From: Octopus sinensis
Taxonomy: Eukaryota
DNA length: 64,000 nucleotides
Assembly (NCBI RefSeq): GCF_006345805.1
Contig: NC_043018.1
Location: forward strand, 13,082,001-13,146,000
Direction of reading: 5' to 3'
Part shown: positions 25,301-37,563 of the stretch, one piece after another
How positions within the stretch are numbered: the stretch's first letter is position 1
Layout: the number at the start of each line of letters is the position of its first letter
Program-made: the position numbers and the translations under genes
The notes under the pieces: generated by a model
What the model saw: the letters and a program-made list of their open reading frames with translations, nothing else
What the model was told of the DNA's origin: nothing
Database searches by the model: none

Positions 25301-28300
25301 TTAAGGACGGATGAGAATTAATTCTGTGCTGCAATCATTCCATTGTTCCAGTCCCAAGTTGAATTCCAACTGTTGGCCAATTTGTCTCAAATTATCTCAA
25401 CGTAAAATTAATGAAGCAAATGTCATTTATTTCCCCTTTGATTTCTGATGTCATCTGACAAATGCCAACCATGGCATGAATCAGCCAAGCTTTATCTGCT
25501 AGAAATAGCAACCCAAATGCCTTTAAATCAGATTCCAATGCTGGATGTTCAAGAACCAAAGGAAAGGCAGATTTTCAATCCCAGGATAATCCTGATTCCA
25601 AAAAGGTATAATATGTCTATGTAGGACAAATGTCGACCGAGATACAGGGGTCCCGGACAGACAGAATTTCATTTTTATTATTATAGACAACTATTTCTAC
25701 TGATGTGATACACATATTTACACACTTGGGCATTAAAATGTGTTTTATATACTAAATCAATATATTTACAAATCCTTAATATTACTTAGATTGAGAATTA
25801 TCTTATTAAACTGAAACTGGAAGAAATAAGCAAGATTTTGAAATAACAGTCAATGTTTAGTCAGTGAAAAAGGTCCGGGGGAAAAATGGTATGCAATGCA
25901 GGATAAGAGTGACTATTGGTCTGCTGCTTCAGTGTTTCATTAGTACATAATTGAAATGTTGGTATCAAGACAATAAGGAAGCTGCAATTGGTTGTTCAAT
26001 CTGTTAAAAATAACAGCCAAATCCCATCTTAGTGTCTTTAAAAAAGAACAAACTAGATAATGTAGTTGAGGGTATAGAATGCTAGAAAAAGAAAGTGGAG
26101 TGGCCATGGCTGGAAGAAATACCCAAGATATTGTATGTGTATGTTCTCATATAAATTCATATTTATCTTTTTTTTAAATTCAATCTGTTTCATTTTGAAA
26201 TGCAGGGTAAAAGAACACCAGAAGTCCTTATCATTTTAACATCTCCTGGTTCCACATTCGCATTACATTATTAGGTCAGACAACCAGATGCTATCTGTCC
26301 CCCCCGACTGACTGTACAAGGACGTAAGATAGATGTATATTGAAGAGTTGAAGAAACAGAGTAGAAAGAAAGGAAATCTTTTTTTTTCAGTTTTGAAATA
26401 TTTAAAGGAAAGAAATTTCCTTTTTTGTTTTTACATAGAAACATTAAAAAAAATATTTATAAGCACAATCTCCTAATTAACCATTATTTCTTATGAAATG
26501 TAAGTCATGTTGCTAGCATGGTGGTAAAAGATGAATGATGACAGAATGATACAAAAGAAAAAAGATTAAAAGAATGATGTAAATAATCTTGAGTTAGTTT
26601 CTGTGATTAGATTGTTCCTCCAAGACTGTTTTGGTTCTTACTACTTGTAGTTTGACTTTAATAACATGTTGCCAAACAGCAAGGAACGGTGGTGACCAAC
26701 CTCAAGTGGATTAAGTGCTGCTGTTATTCATCATGCAAATAATAAGCTTAGAACCTAGAATCACAACCTCTGGAAACTGCCCTACATTTGCTTATCTGCT
26801 AAGATTCCAAGATAAACTGGTTAGTTTTGTAATGGCTGTCAAATTATCTTCAGTTCTAGTTATTAATAAACAATTTCAACAACTGATAAGAGATAAACGA
26901 ATACTACTTATAAACTGTGAATTTAATAATAATAATTATAATGGTAATAATAATAATAATATTAATTATAATTGATTTGGAAAACTAAATTTTTATTTTA
27001 TTTGTAAAAGAAAAACAAACTTGATATCTTCTTTGTTCTATATTAAGTCTAATGTCGATCATTTTAAATAATGATTACTAATAGAATGCCATTTTGGTAG
27101 GAGGAGTTATCATGCCTGATGACACTAATGCAATGGAAGGTAGATTAAATTAATAGAAGCAAGATTTGAAACCATGGTCATGCTGTTGCTGAAATTAATT
27201 GCAGCATGCAAAAAGGTTTAAATGTACAGTGTCTGCTCCTCCTCCACCATTCCCCTGAAAATAGAATAAGAGAGTCTAAGCAAAGTCCCTAGAAGCTTAA
27301 AATGCCAAGCACCATGCTAGCAACAAATTGAATTACTCATTGGCACTAAATAACAAGACATGTCAAACCTTAACATCCCAAGAAAGAGAGGGAGAAAAAG
27401 AGAGAAGAGAAACAAAAGAAGGAAGAGAGAGAATTGTCACAGAAGGTACAAATAGAAAAAGTAAAATTTAAAAAAAACAAAACAATTTTTATTGGCTTTT
27501 TAGACTGAGATTGATTTAGAATAAATAAAGCAACAGAAGAAAATGTTTACAAATTAAAGTGAATAAAAAATTTCAATTAAAAATGTACAAATTATCTCAA
27601 TATTTCTGAATGTTTACAACTCTACCCTATAAATTATGTTAGAGTTCATTTGAAATTTCAACTGGATTACAATAGTTAAAACTTGCCTTCTCTTTTGGCA
27701 CTCGGATTGCAAATGACAACATGAATGTATATAAAGGGAGTATGTGTGTGTGTGTGTGTGTACATACATACATACATCATGCAGAGTCTGTTTTCCATGG
27801 TGGCATGGGTAAGATGGTTTGACTGGGGATGACGAGCCAGAGAGCTACACCAGGCTCCAGTTTGTTTTGGCTTGGTTTCCTCAACTGGATGCCCTTCCAA
27901 ACACCAATCACTCCACAGAGTGTACTGGGTGTCTTTTACACATCAGTGGCACATTTACACACGCACATATATACACATATACACCACATATGCATATACA
28001 TACATGTGTGTACACACACACACACACGTATGTATATATTATGTAATAAGATGTGATGGTCTGTCCTTCAAATGTAAACTCTTCCGTACTAATCAAGAAA
28101 GCGAGGTTTCTCACATATGCATGCTCTGACCCTCATTAATATGATAAGGAGGAGATGAAATGAATAAATACCGAAAGTGTTGTCGTTAGATTGTAGATAC
28201 AAAGATTTGAATACTAAAGCATTTGCCACTTCAATGTTTCAAATTATTAAAGAAACCTTGAGTATAAAATCAATGGGAATCCAGAAAACTGGTTTGGAAT

Positions 28301-30902
28301 TCATAGCACTTGGCTTTCATACTCTTAAGACATCCAACAAAAATATATCTTTTCTGAAATTCAATTGTCCAAATTGTATTTTACAACAACACAGGTATTT
28401 TATCAGTTTTATCAATTCAGTCATTATTTGTGATACGAGATTACCTCCATATTTTCAAAGAAGTTAATGTTGGTTTTGGTTTTTTGGTAACCAAATTAGT
28501 TGACTGAATAGAAATGTTCAGAGAAACCTCTTTTGCAGATATATAAAATTTATATATTAAAGATTAAAAATTCAATGTAAATAGCATTAAATTTCCCTGA
28601 AATCCAATTACTTTGTACCACACAACATAAATCTACATCAATACAAGCATACTGCTATGCCAACAAAATGGATCATACTTTATTTCCAATTGCACTCAAT
28701 ATGTATCAAAATGAACAACCCTAAAGTACCAACATTTTGGTCTCTAAAAAAAAAAATAAATAAATAAATAAAAACCCAATCAATGTAAATGATATAAAGA
28801 AGACAAAAGAAGCATATTGCCAAAAATATAAAGGTTTATGAGGAAGCAGAGTAGAACAACAATTTCAATACCAAAATTAATTAAAAAAGCAAAAAATTGA
28901 AACTGAAAACAAAGCGCAAAGTTTTTTTTTGTTTTTTTTAAATTCTTCTATTCGCTTCAGCCTGGCCATATTGGAGCACTGCCTTTAAGGGTACAGTTGT
29001 TCAGATCAACCCTCGTACCTGACTGGTACATATTTTATAGATGTTCAAAGGATAAAAGCAAAGATGACTGGAAATACTGCTAGTTCCTTTCTTTTTTTTT
29101 TTTATTTCTAAGATTGAGGTTTTAAAAAAAAGCAACAAAATCTTACCTAAACTGGTAACAAATGTAAAAAAAAAGAAGAAAAAAAAAGAAAAGGCAGGTA
29201 AATATTCTATTCTAATTGGTTACTTAAATATGAGGATTATTATCAAAATGACTGACACTGAATGTAATAAACAATAGTCAACACATTCTCCTAGTGTGCA
29301 GTTGACTATGTCATGACTTGGTATTGTTTAGTGTTAGTATTGTACAAGTTTTAATTAAATATTAGGATCGGCCACAAGTCAGTCCTAATCAAGCAATTGC
29401 AGCTACCTGACCATTTATCTTATATGCAGACAATACTCCTCAGTGCTTAGTTGGTACTTATTTTTATTGACCCTGAAAGGATGAAAGGCAAATTTGACCC
29501 CAGCGGAATTTGAACTCAGAACGTAAAGACAGATGAAATGCTCCTAAGCATTTCACCAAGCGTGCTAACGATTCTGCCAGCTCACCACCTTACAATACAA
29601 TTCGTGTATAATATTTATTGTGGTTTTCTTAACATGATTCATTATTGTTCCCAATAGCAACCACTCTCTAATTTACAGATTTCATAGTGAAATCTCATTT
29701 ATTCATAAAAGTGATATGACTAAAACATGTTCTTTCATTTTCAATCTTCTTAGAACTAGTTCTGACTATTTGAGTTTACACAGCAGACTAAAGACCCAAT
29801 TAGTAATTTAATTGATAACAGTCTGCTTCATTACATAACATATAAATAACAAAGTGTTTAAAGTGAAATGGTTATGTTAGCCCTTAAAGGAATACACAAA
29901 ATACATACTTTTTAAACAAGAGATCTGTCTGTGGTAGAACTGTACAAAATACAAAAATTTATAACAATATCTCAGGCAACAAAGATAAGAACAAATTGGC
30001 AATCAACCATCCTTAGATAAAAGTGAAACAAGTGCTCAACAAGGAGGTAGTAGGGGAGATGCGGAGACGAAATTCTTTCAGCTTTATGTACCTGTGATAT
30101 CATCAATATTGGTTAAAAGGTAGCATTAAACCACCAAGGAGAGCCAAAGGTTGATGTGTAATATTAAAAAGAGAAATCACAAAGATATGTAGTAATTATA
30201 ACCACAAGTGACCGAGAGGTAATTTAGATCAGGAGTTAGTGTAATATTTGTAAAACTTTCAATAAGCTGCAGAAGGTAAATGACAATTCAAAATAAGTTA
30301 ATCTGCAAACCTCAGAATCAAGTTCCAGATTTATACACACACACACACAACTCTAACCAAATGGTTAAGAAGTTTGCTTCACAATAATAATAACGATGCA
30401 TTGGACTCGATTCTAGAGGATGGCATCTAGGGTGTCTTTTACTATGGCCTTGGGTTGACCCAAGCCTCATGAGTGAAACTGGGTCAACAGAAAGTGTGTG
30501 GAATCCCACCAGGTCTGTACCTGCAACTCAAATTGCATGCATCAACCCTGCATCACACTGATTATGTCTGAAGACTATGTTCGGAGTGCACATGCCAATG
30601 GAATGCTCACTGTTGAAACAAGAACAGATCACTTTCCCTTAATATATATATATTTATTATTCTTTTACTTGTTTCAGTCATTTGACTGTGGCCATGCTGG
30701 AGTACTGCCTCAAAGGGCCGTCTACCAAATCCATTCACAAGACTTTGGTTGGCCTGAGGGTATGATGGAAGACACTTGCCCAAGGCGCCACACAGTAGGA
30801 CTGAACCCAGAACCATGTGGTTGGGAAGCAAGCTTCTTACCAGACAGCCACGTCTGCAGTGATGTAAACAGGAAAAACAGAACTCAAAATACGAAAATAG
30901 TT

Positions 30903-31280
30903 GTAGGAGTGGCTGTGTGGTAAGCAGCTTGCTAACCAACCACATGGTTCCAGGTTCAGTCCTACTGTGTGACACCTTGGGCGAGTGTCTTCTACTATAG
31001 TCTCAGGCCGACCAATGTCTTGTGAGTGGATCTGGTAGATGGAAAGTGAAAGAAGCCCGTCGTATATATGTGTCTGTGTGTCCGTGTTTGCCCCACCCCT
31101 CACTTGACAACTGAGGCTGGTATATTTACGTCCCCGTAACTTAGGTTTGCCAAAAGAGACCGATAGAATAAGTATTAGGCACACAAAGAATAAGTCCCGG
31201 GGTCGATTTGCTCAACTAAAGGCAGTGCTCCAGCATGGCTGCAGTCAAATGACTGAAAAAAGTAAAAGACTAAAAGAATA
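30903..31280 (+). mobile_element. Full-length tRNA-derived SINE (family A here)
   Basis: Head GGAGTGGCTGTGTGG (A-box-like) and GGTTCAGTCC (B-box-like), a central (TG) tract, and tail GCAGTCAAATGACTGAAA...TAAAAGAATA. Confidence 0.85.
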
Positions 31281-31439
31281 TGTTTATTTTTATAGATATT
31301 TAGTGGAAGCAACAGACTGACTCAAGGTTTGAGAGTTTTGTGCATTAGCACTCATCAAATTAGTGTCAGCAGACGAAACTGTCAGAACTCGAGTTACTCT
31401 GTTGCTTCCATTAAATATTAACATAATAATCTATCTATC

Positions 31440-31497
<58 letters not shown>

Positions 31498-33145
31498 ATG
31501 TTTTGCAAACATATTTAGTCTTATTGTGAAAATAGAACCTGTAGTCAAACAGGTTTTTCAGCAGCCAGAGAGAAACGGTTGAGTCACTGGATGAGTTTCA
31601 GCTTCCGTTAAAGTCAATTTCAATTGAGATATAGTAAGCACTGTATCACGTGTGATGAGGTTAACCTCGACTTTACGATAAATGTATTATCAGCTTAGAC
31701 CAGACACTGTGTCACTTTTCCATACGTCTGAAGTCAGAAGTGGAGCTCCTATGTATGACACTTTGAGGGTGGGAGGCTGTGTAACTTGTGGGAAGTTATC
31801 CTCAGACTGGAGAACTGGTGCAAAGGCTTATAATACATTGGAATGTTCTAATAACATCCAAGGGCCATATGGTGTTGTTTAACAGCTTTAGTAACAGTGA
31901 AAAGTTGGCTGTATTTTACTACAGCACCAACAGTAAATACGAGGAGGCTATTGTTTAACCACAGGGGTTCCAGATTCCTAGTGGTGCTAAAAATATGCTC
32001 AGGAAACATGACTACTTTTTTCACAGTTTTGATCTCATACATTTAGTGTCAATGTTCCCCTTAAAATGCACAGCTAACTTTGTCCTGCTGTATAAATAAA
32101 GTCAGACCTAACTTCATTAAGATTAGATTTGTCAGTCTTTTACTAGGTCTTCTCAGTAAACTGAAGAAAGTAACTGAATACAGATGATAACTCTAATGAA
32201 AGGTAGAATTGATTCTTTGCCTTCACGTTTCTCACAGGTGGGTGAAAGACCTATTGTATAACACTGAGGCTAAATGTTCCTTACTGTTATCAATTTTATT
32301 TCAATATATGTGCTGGTTTTATGTATGTGTGTGTGTACATACACATAGATATATACACACAAATCCATGTGCATTGGATATACAAGCTCATACGTGTGTG
32401 TATATGCACATACGTATACACAGATATAAACACAAATATGTATTTCTGTATAAATAGACCCTGATATCAATATAAAACTGTGTATGCATGCACATAGAGA
32501 TAAGCAGGTTATCAATCCATACCATACTGTCACACAGCCAATATGTAAATAGGATGCATTCATATATAAGAGGATATATAAATGATCAAACAAACTGGCA
32601 TGAAAGTGCCATTTAAATTTTTTTATAAATAGTACAAAAATCATAATACTTCTTGTCAGAATTTGGGTGACGACACAATCTGCCATTGTAGCATCAAGTT
32701 ATGTTGAAAGAATATACTATTTGCACAAAGATGGTGTCAGTTTAATAACTGCTTAGAATTTACTGATTCACCAACGCAGCATGAAAAACATGCTACAACG
32801 ATACAAAGGAGCAGAGATTGTCTGGCTACAAAATGAATTCCAGTTACTACAGTTTTGGATGATGGTTGGTCTTCATCAGAGTTTGTTTGACTCGCATAAG
32901 TATATCTGCAAGTGCCATGAGTTAAGTGTACTACTAAGTGTGTATAAGAGTACAAAGAAGAGAAAGAAAAGGTATCCAAAACCCAAAAGTTTATAAATGT
33001 ATTTGATGCTGAGGTTTACTTGCCACTGTTGCAAGTTCCAAACATCATCATGTTTGTATTGAGGAACATGATGATGGAGATGTTTTCCTATCTTAGAGGC
33101 TCGGCTTCTAATAAGTGAATGTATATATGTATGTGTATATATATA

Positions 33146-33367
33146 TATATATACCAATTAAGGACTGAACACGAAAAGTGGACAGTCAACATGCTAGATA
33201 TAGACGTCAAATCGCCATTCACCACAAAAGATTATGTTCTCAGATCAAACTCAAACTGTTGAGTTTGATCTGAGAACATAATCTTTTGTGGTGAATGGCG
33301 ATTTGACGTCTATATCTAGCATGTTGACTGTCCACTTTTCGTGTTCAGTCCTTAATTGGTATATATA
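33146..33367. repeat. Perfect inverted repeat with 109-bp arms and a 4-nt loop (ACTG)
   Basis: 33146-33254 is the exact reverse complement of 33259-33367, checked base by base. Confidence 0.97.
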
Positions 33368-33474
33368 AATATTTTAATCTTCGGATTCTTTTTTAATATG
33401 CTAGACCACTGGTCTTAATTGATAAATATCAATTTCTACCCTTAATTAATTTTATATATATATATATATATATA

Positions 33475-33603
33475 CAGGGTGTCCCAAAAAAATGTATACA
33501 CACCTTAAATAATTGTAAATTTGTTATTCTTTGTAAGCCTAGTACTTAATCTATCGTTCTCTTTTGCCGAACCACTATGTGTATACATTTTTTTGGGACA
33601 CCC

Positions 33604-33605
<2 letters not shown>
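33475..33605. mobile_element. 131-bp Tc1/mariner-type MITE with perfect 28-bp TIRs
   Basis: CAGGGTGTCCCAAAAAAATGTATACACA at 33475-33502 and its exact reverse complement at 33578-33605, embedded in TA/TG repeats. Confidence 0.8.
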
Positions 33606-33674
<69 letters not shown>

Positions 33675-33852
33675 GTATATATATATATATAGTTAAAGCT
33701 GAGAAACTACATTAGGCCAAGAAAGAGTTTCCTATGAACTCACTTATCAAACTTTGCTAAATATGTTCACAGTACATCAATACATACAAACACAAGTGAG
33801 ATGCCTAGTGGTGCTAGTGAAGTTTCAGCTTTAGCTAACTTTTAAACATTTA

Positions 33853-33907
<55 letters not shown>

Positions 33908-35407
33908 CACACATAGAACTATAAATAATAGCATGTAAACATCAGGTTGAAAATCCCTTTTGGATAGAAAAAGTCAAAGGCTGCCAGTGGAACTTGAACT
34001 CACATCTCCTGTAGACAGGACAGGCATTCTACCACTGTACCAAAGCAATCCTTCAGATTTCTCTATCCAGTTTAGAAACTTACCAACAACAACTGTATGT
34101 TGTACATGTCTACAGAAGACATGGGTTCAAGTCCCACAGGCAGCCTTCAACTTTACTGAAAAGGGTTTTCTGACCCAATATTTACTGAAAAGGGTTTTCT
34201 GACCCAATATTTACATGTTATTCAAAGCTTTATGTGTATGCTTTGAGTTATTCCAAAAAAGAATTAGTTCACATTCTCAAGAAAGTTTATATAATTCTTA
34301 TGACATTAACAATATATATATATATATAAATATATATATATATCCCACTTAAAATAGCTTTGGCAATTAAGTGCTGAAAATCCGACCCTAGTCCGTGATG
34401 TCATCAGACCAGAATAATATTGGTTAACTGAGTATTGGTTCCTCAAAACAAAATTCAGCTCAATATACACATGTACACATAAACCAAACAATATTGGGTT
34501 GTCTTTAATTATACAAGTCAAATAATGCTACTTGATTGTTGACTTCTACATAATGTAGAAATCCCTTAAGCTTCATGGTTGTTTTTGATTTGATACAAAC
34601 ACAGATTGTCACAGAAAATTCACTTGTAAGTTCATTCATAATTTGCAACTTCTGATATGGCAACAGGAAGAATATGGCAGTGAAATGGGTACAGAACATT
34701 TGTTCCTTAATATTAGTAAGACATTGGTACAGTTTCATGCAATAAAAGGTATTGTCTAGTCTAGTTGGTAAGAGGATTAGAAAATTTGAGTTTGAAAACA
34801 AGTTTATTATTGTACTAAAAATCTATATTATTTCTATAGGATTTGGTGGCTGTGTTATTGGTAGGGATTATAATAATTCTTTTTTTTTTTATCTAAATTA
34901 CAAACATTACAACAATTTCATTGGACAATTTAAATAAGAATTTGAAATCAGAAAAGATACAACTGAATTATAGAGTAACTTATTGAGCACTCTTTCCAAT
35001 CACGAAACATTAAATCTTGACTTAGACTACTTTAAAAATTGGTCAGTGAAAATATATAAAGTTCATGAAAATAAGAAAATTTGCTTAATATCTAAGTAAT
35101 TAGTAATAGTTAAAACAGTAACAACAGTTATTAGTAACTTGAAAAATTTTATCATGGTCAAACAAAATGTATTAGATTTTTTTTTTGTCTGAAGTAATGT
35201 AATGTAAAATAGCTTAAGCATAATTGATAGGGTAGAGTTGTAGCTAATTATTTATCATATGGCAATTTTTCAACAGGAACTACAAATAAATTAATTTAAA
35301 TAATTATAAAACATATAACTGTTCATTTACATTAACATGTGTCTAATATTGTTACACTATTTTTGAGAGTAAATATATTTTAAATTAAAAAGTCCAGATT
35401 TACTTAC

Positions 35408-35549
35408 TGCCATAATCGCCACTGGGAGAGGCTGCCACAGCTACTTGATCAGATCGCATACGGCCAGCAGTGGTCGTACCTTGTAATCCTCTAGCTGTCG
35501 AGCTGTACATTTTGCGATCTCTATCAAAATCATCATTTGACCTACCTCC
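35408..35549 (-). CDS. CSNK1D: CK1 exon 7 (142 nt, ends in phase 1), start of the regulatory tail: GGRSNDDFDRDRKMYSSTARGLQGTTTAGRMRSDQVAVAASPSGDYG
   Basis: Lies within ORF 35400-35687. Acceptor tttgtcttgcag|GGA and donor GGCA|gtaagt. In frame with exon 6, and similar to the vertebrate FGASRAADDAERERR segment. Confidence 0.93.
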
Positions 35550-36255
35550 CTGCAAGACAAAAAAAAAAACATTCATTAACCAAGAATCAATTTTGCTTTT
35601 TCTGTCTATCAAAAGCTTTTCAGGCAATGAGCCAAAGAGGGAACTTCTAAATGGTTTCTTGACATGGAAGCAATAGCAACCAACCATCCTTTAAATTACA
35701 GACTGCTGTCTTGGACAACACACTAAATAATGTAGTCCTAGAAACACAATGCTTGGGAAAAATATAGAAAAAAAAAAGACAGGATGGTCACATTTGGAAC
35801 ACTACTGACAATCAGTAGTCTGATCAATCAGTGTCAGCATGGGATTATATTATATGCCCTGGTGCAGTACCAGGCAGTGGCTCTCATGGCTTCTGATCTT
35901 AACTGATTGGAAGTGTTATCAGGTACATTGTTTTGTCTTGGTATAAAAAGATGGCCTACAGCAAATATTCTGCTCAATACTACAGATTTGCTTGTCAGTA
36001 GTTTGACCGTAACCAGTTGACCATGTCCCTTAGTGGCTGACGATATGTGCATCTCTGATCATGAGCAGAAGTTGTGGGGGAGTGTTGCAAGGGCTGACTG
36101 TAATATTGTATAAGGGTTCTGCAACAAAATAACCCCTGCAATAAAATACAGGGCTTGGTGATCGGTTAAATCATGTTGAAAAACAGTTAAGATCGAGACA
36201 AATTATTTTCCTGAAAACATTTCTGCTAATACATCATTTATAAAGATATACTTAC

Positions 36256-36404
36256 AAATTTTAGCAAGTTCCAGTCAAAGACATAGTCATAAGTAAATCC
36301 TTGACGGTGGAAGAGATTTCTAAATAGCTGCCTCAAATAGGAATAATCTGGTTTATCATCAAACCGTAAGGACCGACAGAAATTTAAGTATGTTGCAAAT
36401 TCCG
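36256..36404 (-). CDS. CSNK1D: CK1 exon 6 (149 nt): (S)[49 protein letters not shown]
   Basis: Lies within ORF 36238-36450. Acceptor ttcttttacag|CG and donor TTT|gtaagt. Confidence 0.97.
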
Positions 36405-37563
36405 CTGTAAAAGAAAAAAATAATTGCAAAATTAGATTAAAGAACAGCACCTATGATTCTTTCCAGAGGCCCCAAAACCATAAGGTTGCAAGCAAGCTTT
36501 TTAACCATACAGCCATGCCTGTACCAATGTTAACTTTTTATTTTATATAACTGGGACAAATATCTGACCAGATTATATAAAAGAATTGGGAAAATAGTTC
36601 CTATTAAACACAGCCCAACTTAGAACTGATGTGAAACAACAAAATCAAGACATTTATGAAATATAACCAAAAAAAAAAAACCCAAGAAACTGGATAAGAT
36701 AGTAAGATAATCTAAAAGGAAGTAGCAAAGTCAACAGAATTTAGAGAAAGCACCAATCATGGTTACTTCATATAACAGTTTTTGTCCATGCTTGAAGAGA
36801 GAAATACAGGCCACACCTAGCATCTTCGCAGCATGTGTACTGAAACATATGTAACCCGAGTAAGGTTGCTAATTTAAGAAATTTTTTCATTTATTTATTA
36901 TTATTTTTTAATTTCTTTTTTTTTGAGGGGTGGAGTCTGAATAACCAAATTTCTGATTATATAAGACATGTAGTGTTTGCAGAAGAGGAAAATTACTGTT
37001 GCTAGTCTTTGATGATATCAATTCTTTGCAACTATACTTTTTCTTTTTCTCTTAATTCCTTTGATGCCAATCCTAGAGACCATATCTGGTTCTGTTGTAC
37101 AACGTCACCCGTTTCAAAATGTTTAATTGAAGCCAATTGATATTGTACTTCTATTTGGAATAATTTATCCATAACGTAAGTGATGTTATAAGGTTTTTTT
37201 CTTTTTTTAGGAACATGATATTGCAAGATTTTTCTCAAAGTCAGCGTGAGACACCTAAAACTCCACTGTGTCCTTTCTTAGACAAATGACTCACTATCAC
37301 TACACACCTTAAGAATCATGATCAAGGGTGGAATACCTTTGATTGCAGGTTTTTCTCCATCAGGGATGACATAGGGCTTACCAAAAACTAAACTAGGACT
37401 CTTCAATGATATTTATTAAAAAGAAAACTATTTCAAACAACAATTAATACTACAAGAGACTTCACTTAGAATTCTAGAAGTCATCTTTTTTGGCAACTTG
37501 ACCAGAATGCTTCCCAGTCTAAACGTTCTAAAGCCTGATTAAGGAGAAACTTTACTTCCTCTT

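Noticed and set aside
27178-27254. Further phase-1 acceptor (ctctcttattctattttcag|GG) giving a 25-aa tail REWWRRSRH...
   Set aside because: The frame is short and has no compositional or homology support; such sites are expected by chance in a 32-kb intron.
10412-31652. CACGTG E-boxes (10412, 18103, 31647) as clock-control elements
   Set aside because: They are few, unclustered, far from the promoter and at chance frequency.
31540-32150. Unique, moderately GC-rich stretch that looks exon-like
   Set aside because: All frames examined are interrupted by stops and the acceptors are weak. It may be UTR or decayed repeat, and no call can be supported.
33975-34050. Possible functional tRNA-Asp/Gly gene
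   Set aside because: The acceptor stem does not pair, and the sequence continues into a tail shared with a neighbouring copy, so it is treated as a tRNA-derived repeat.
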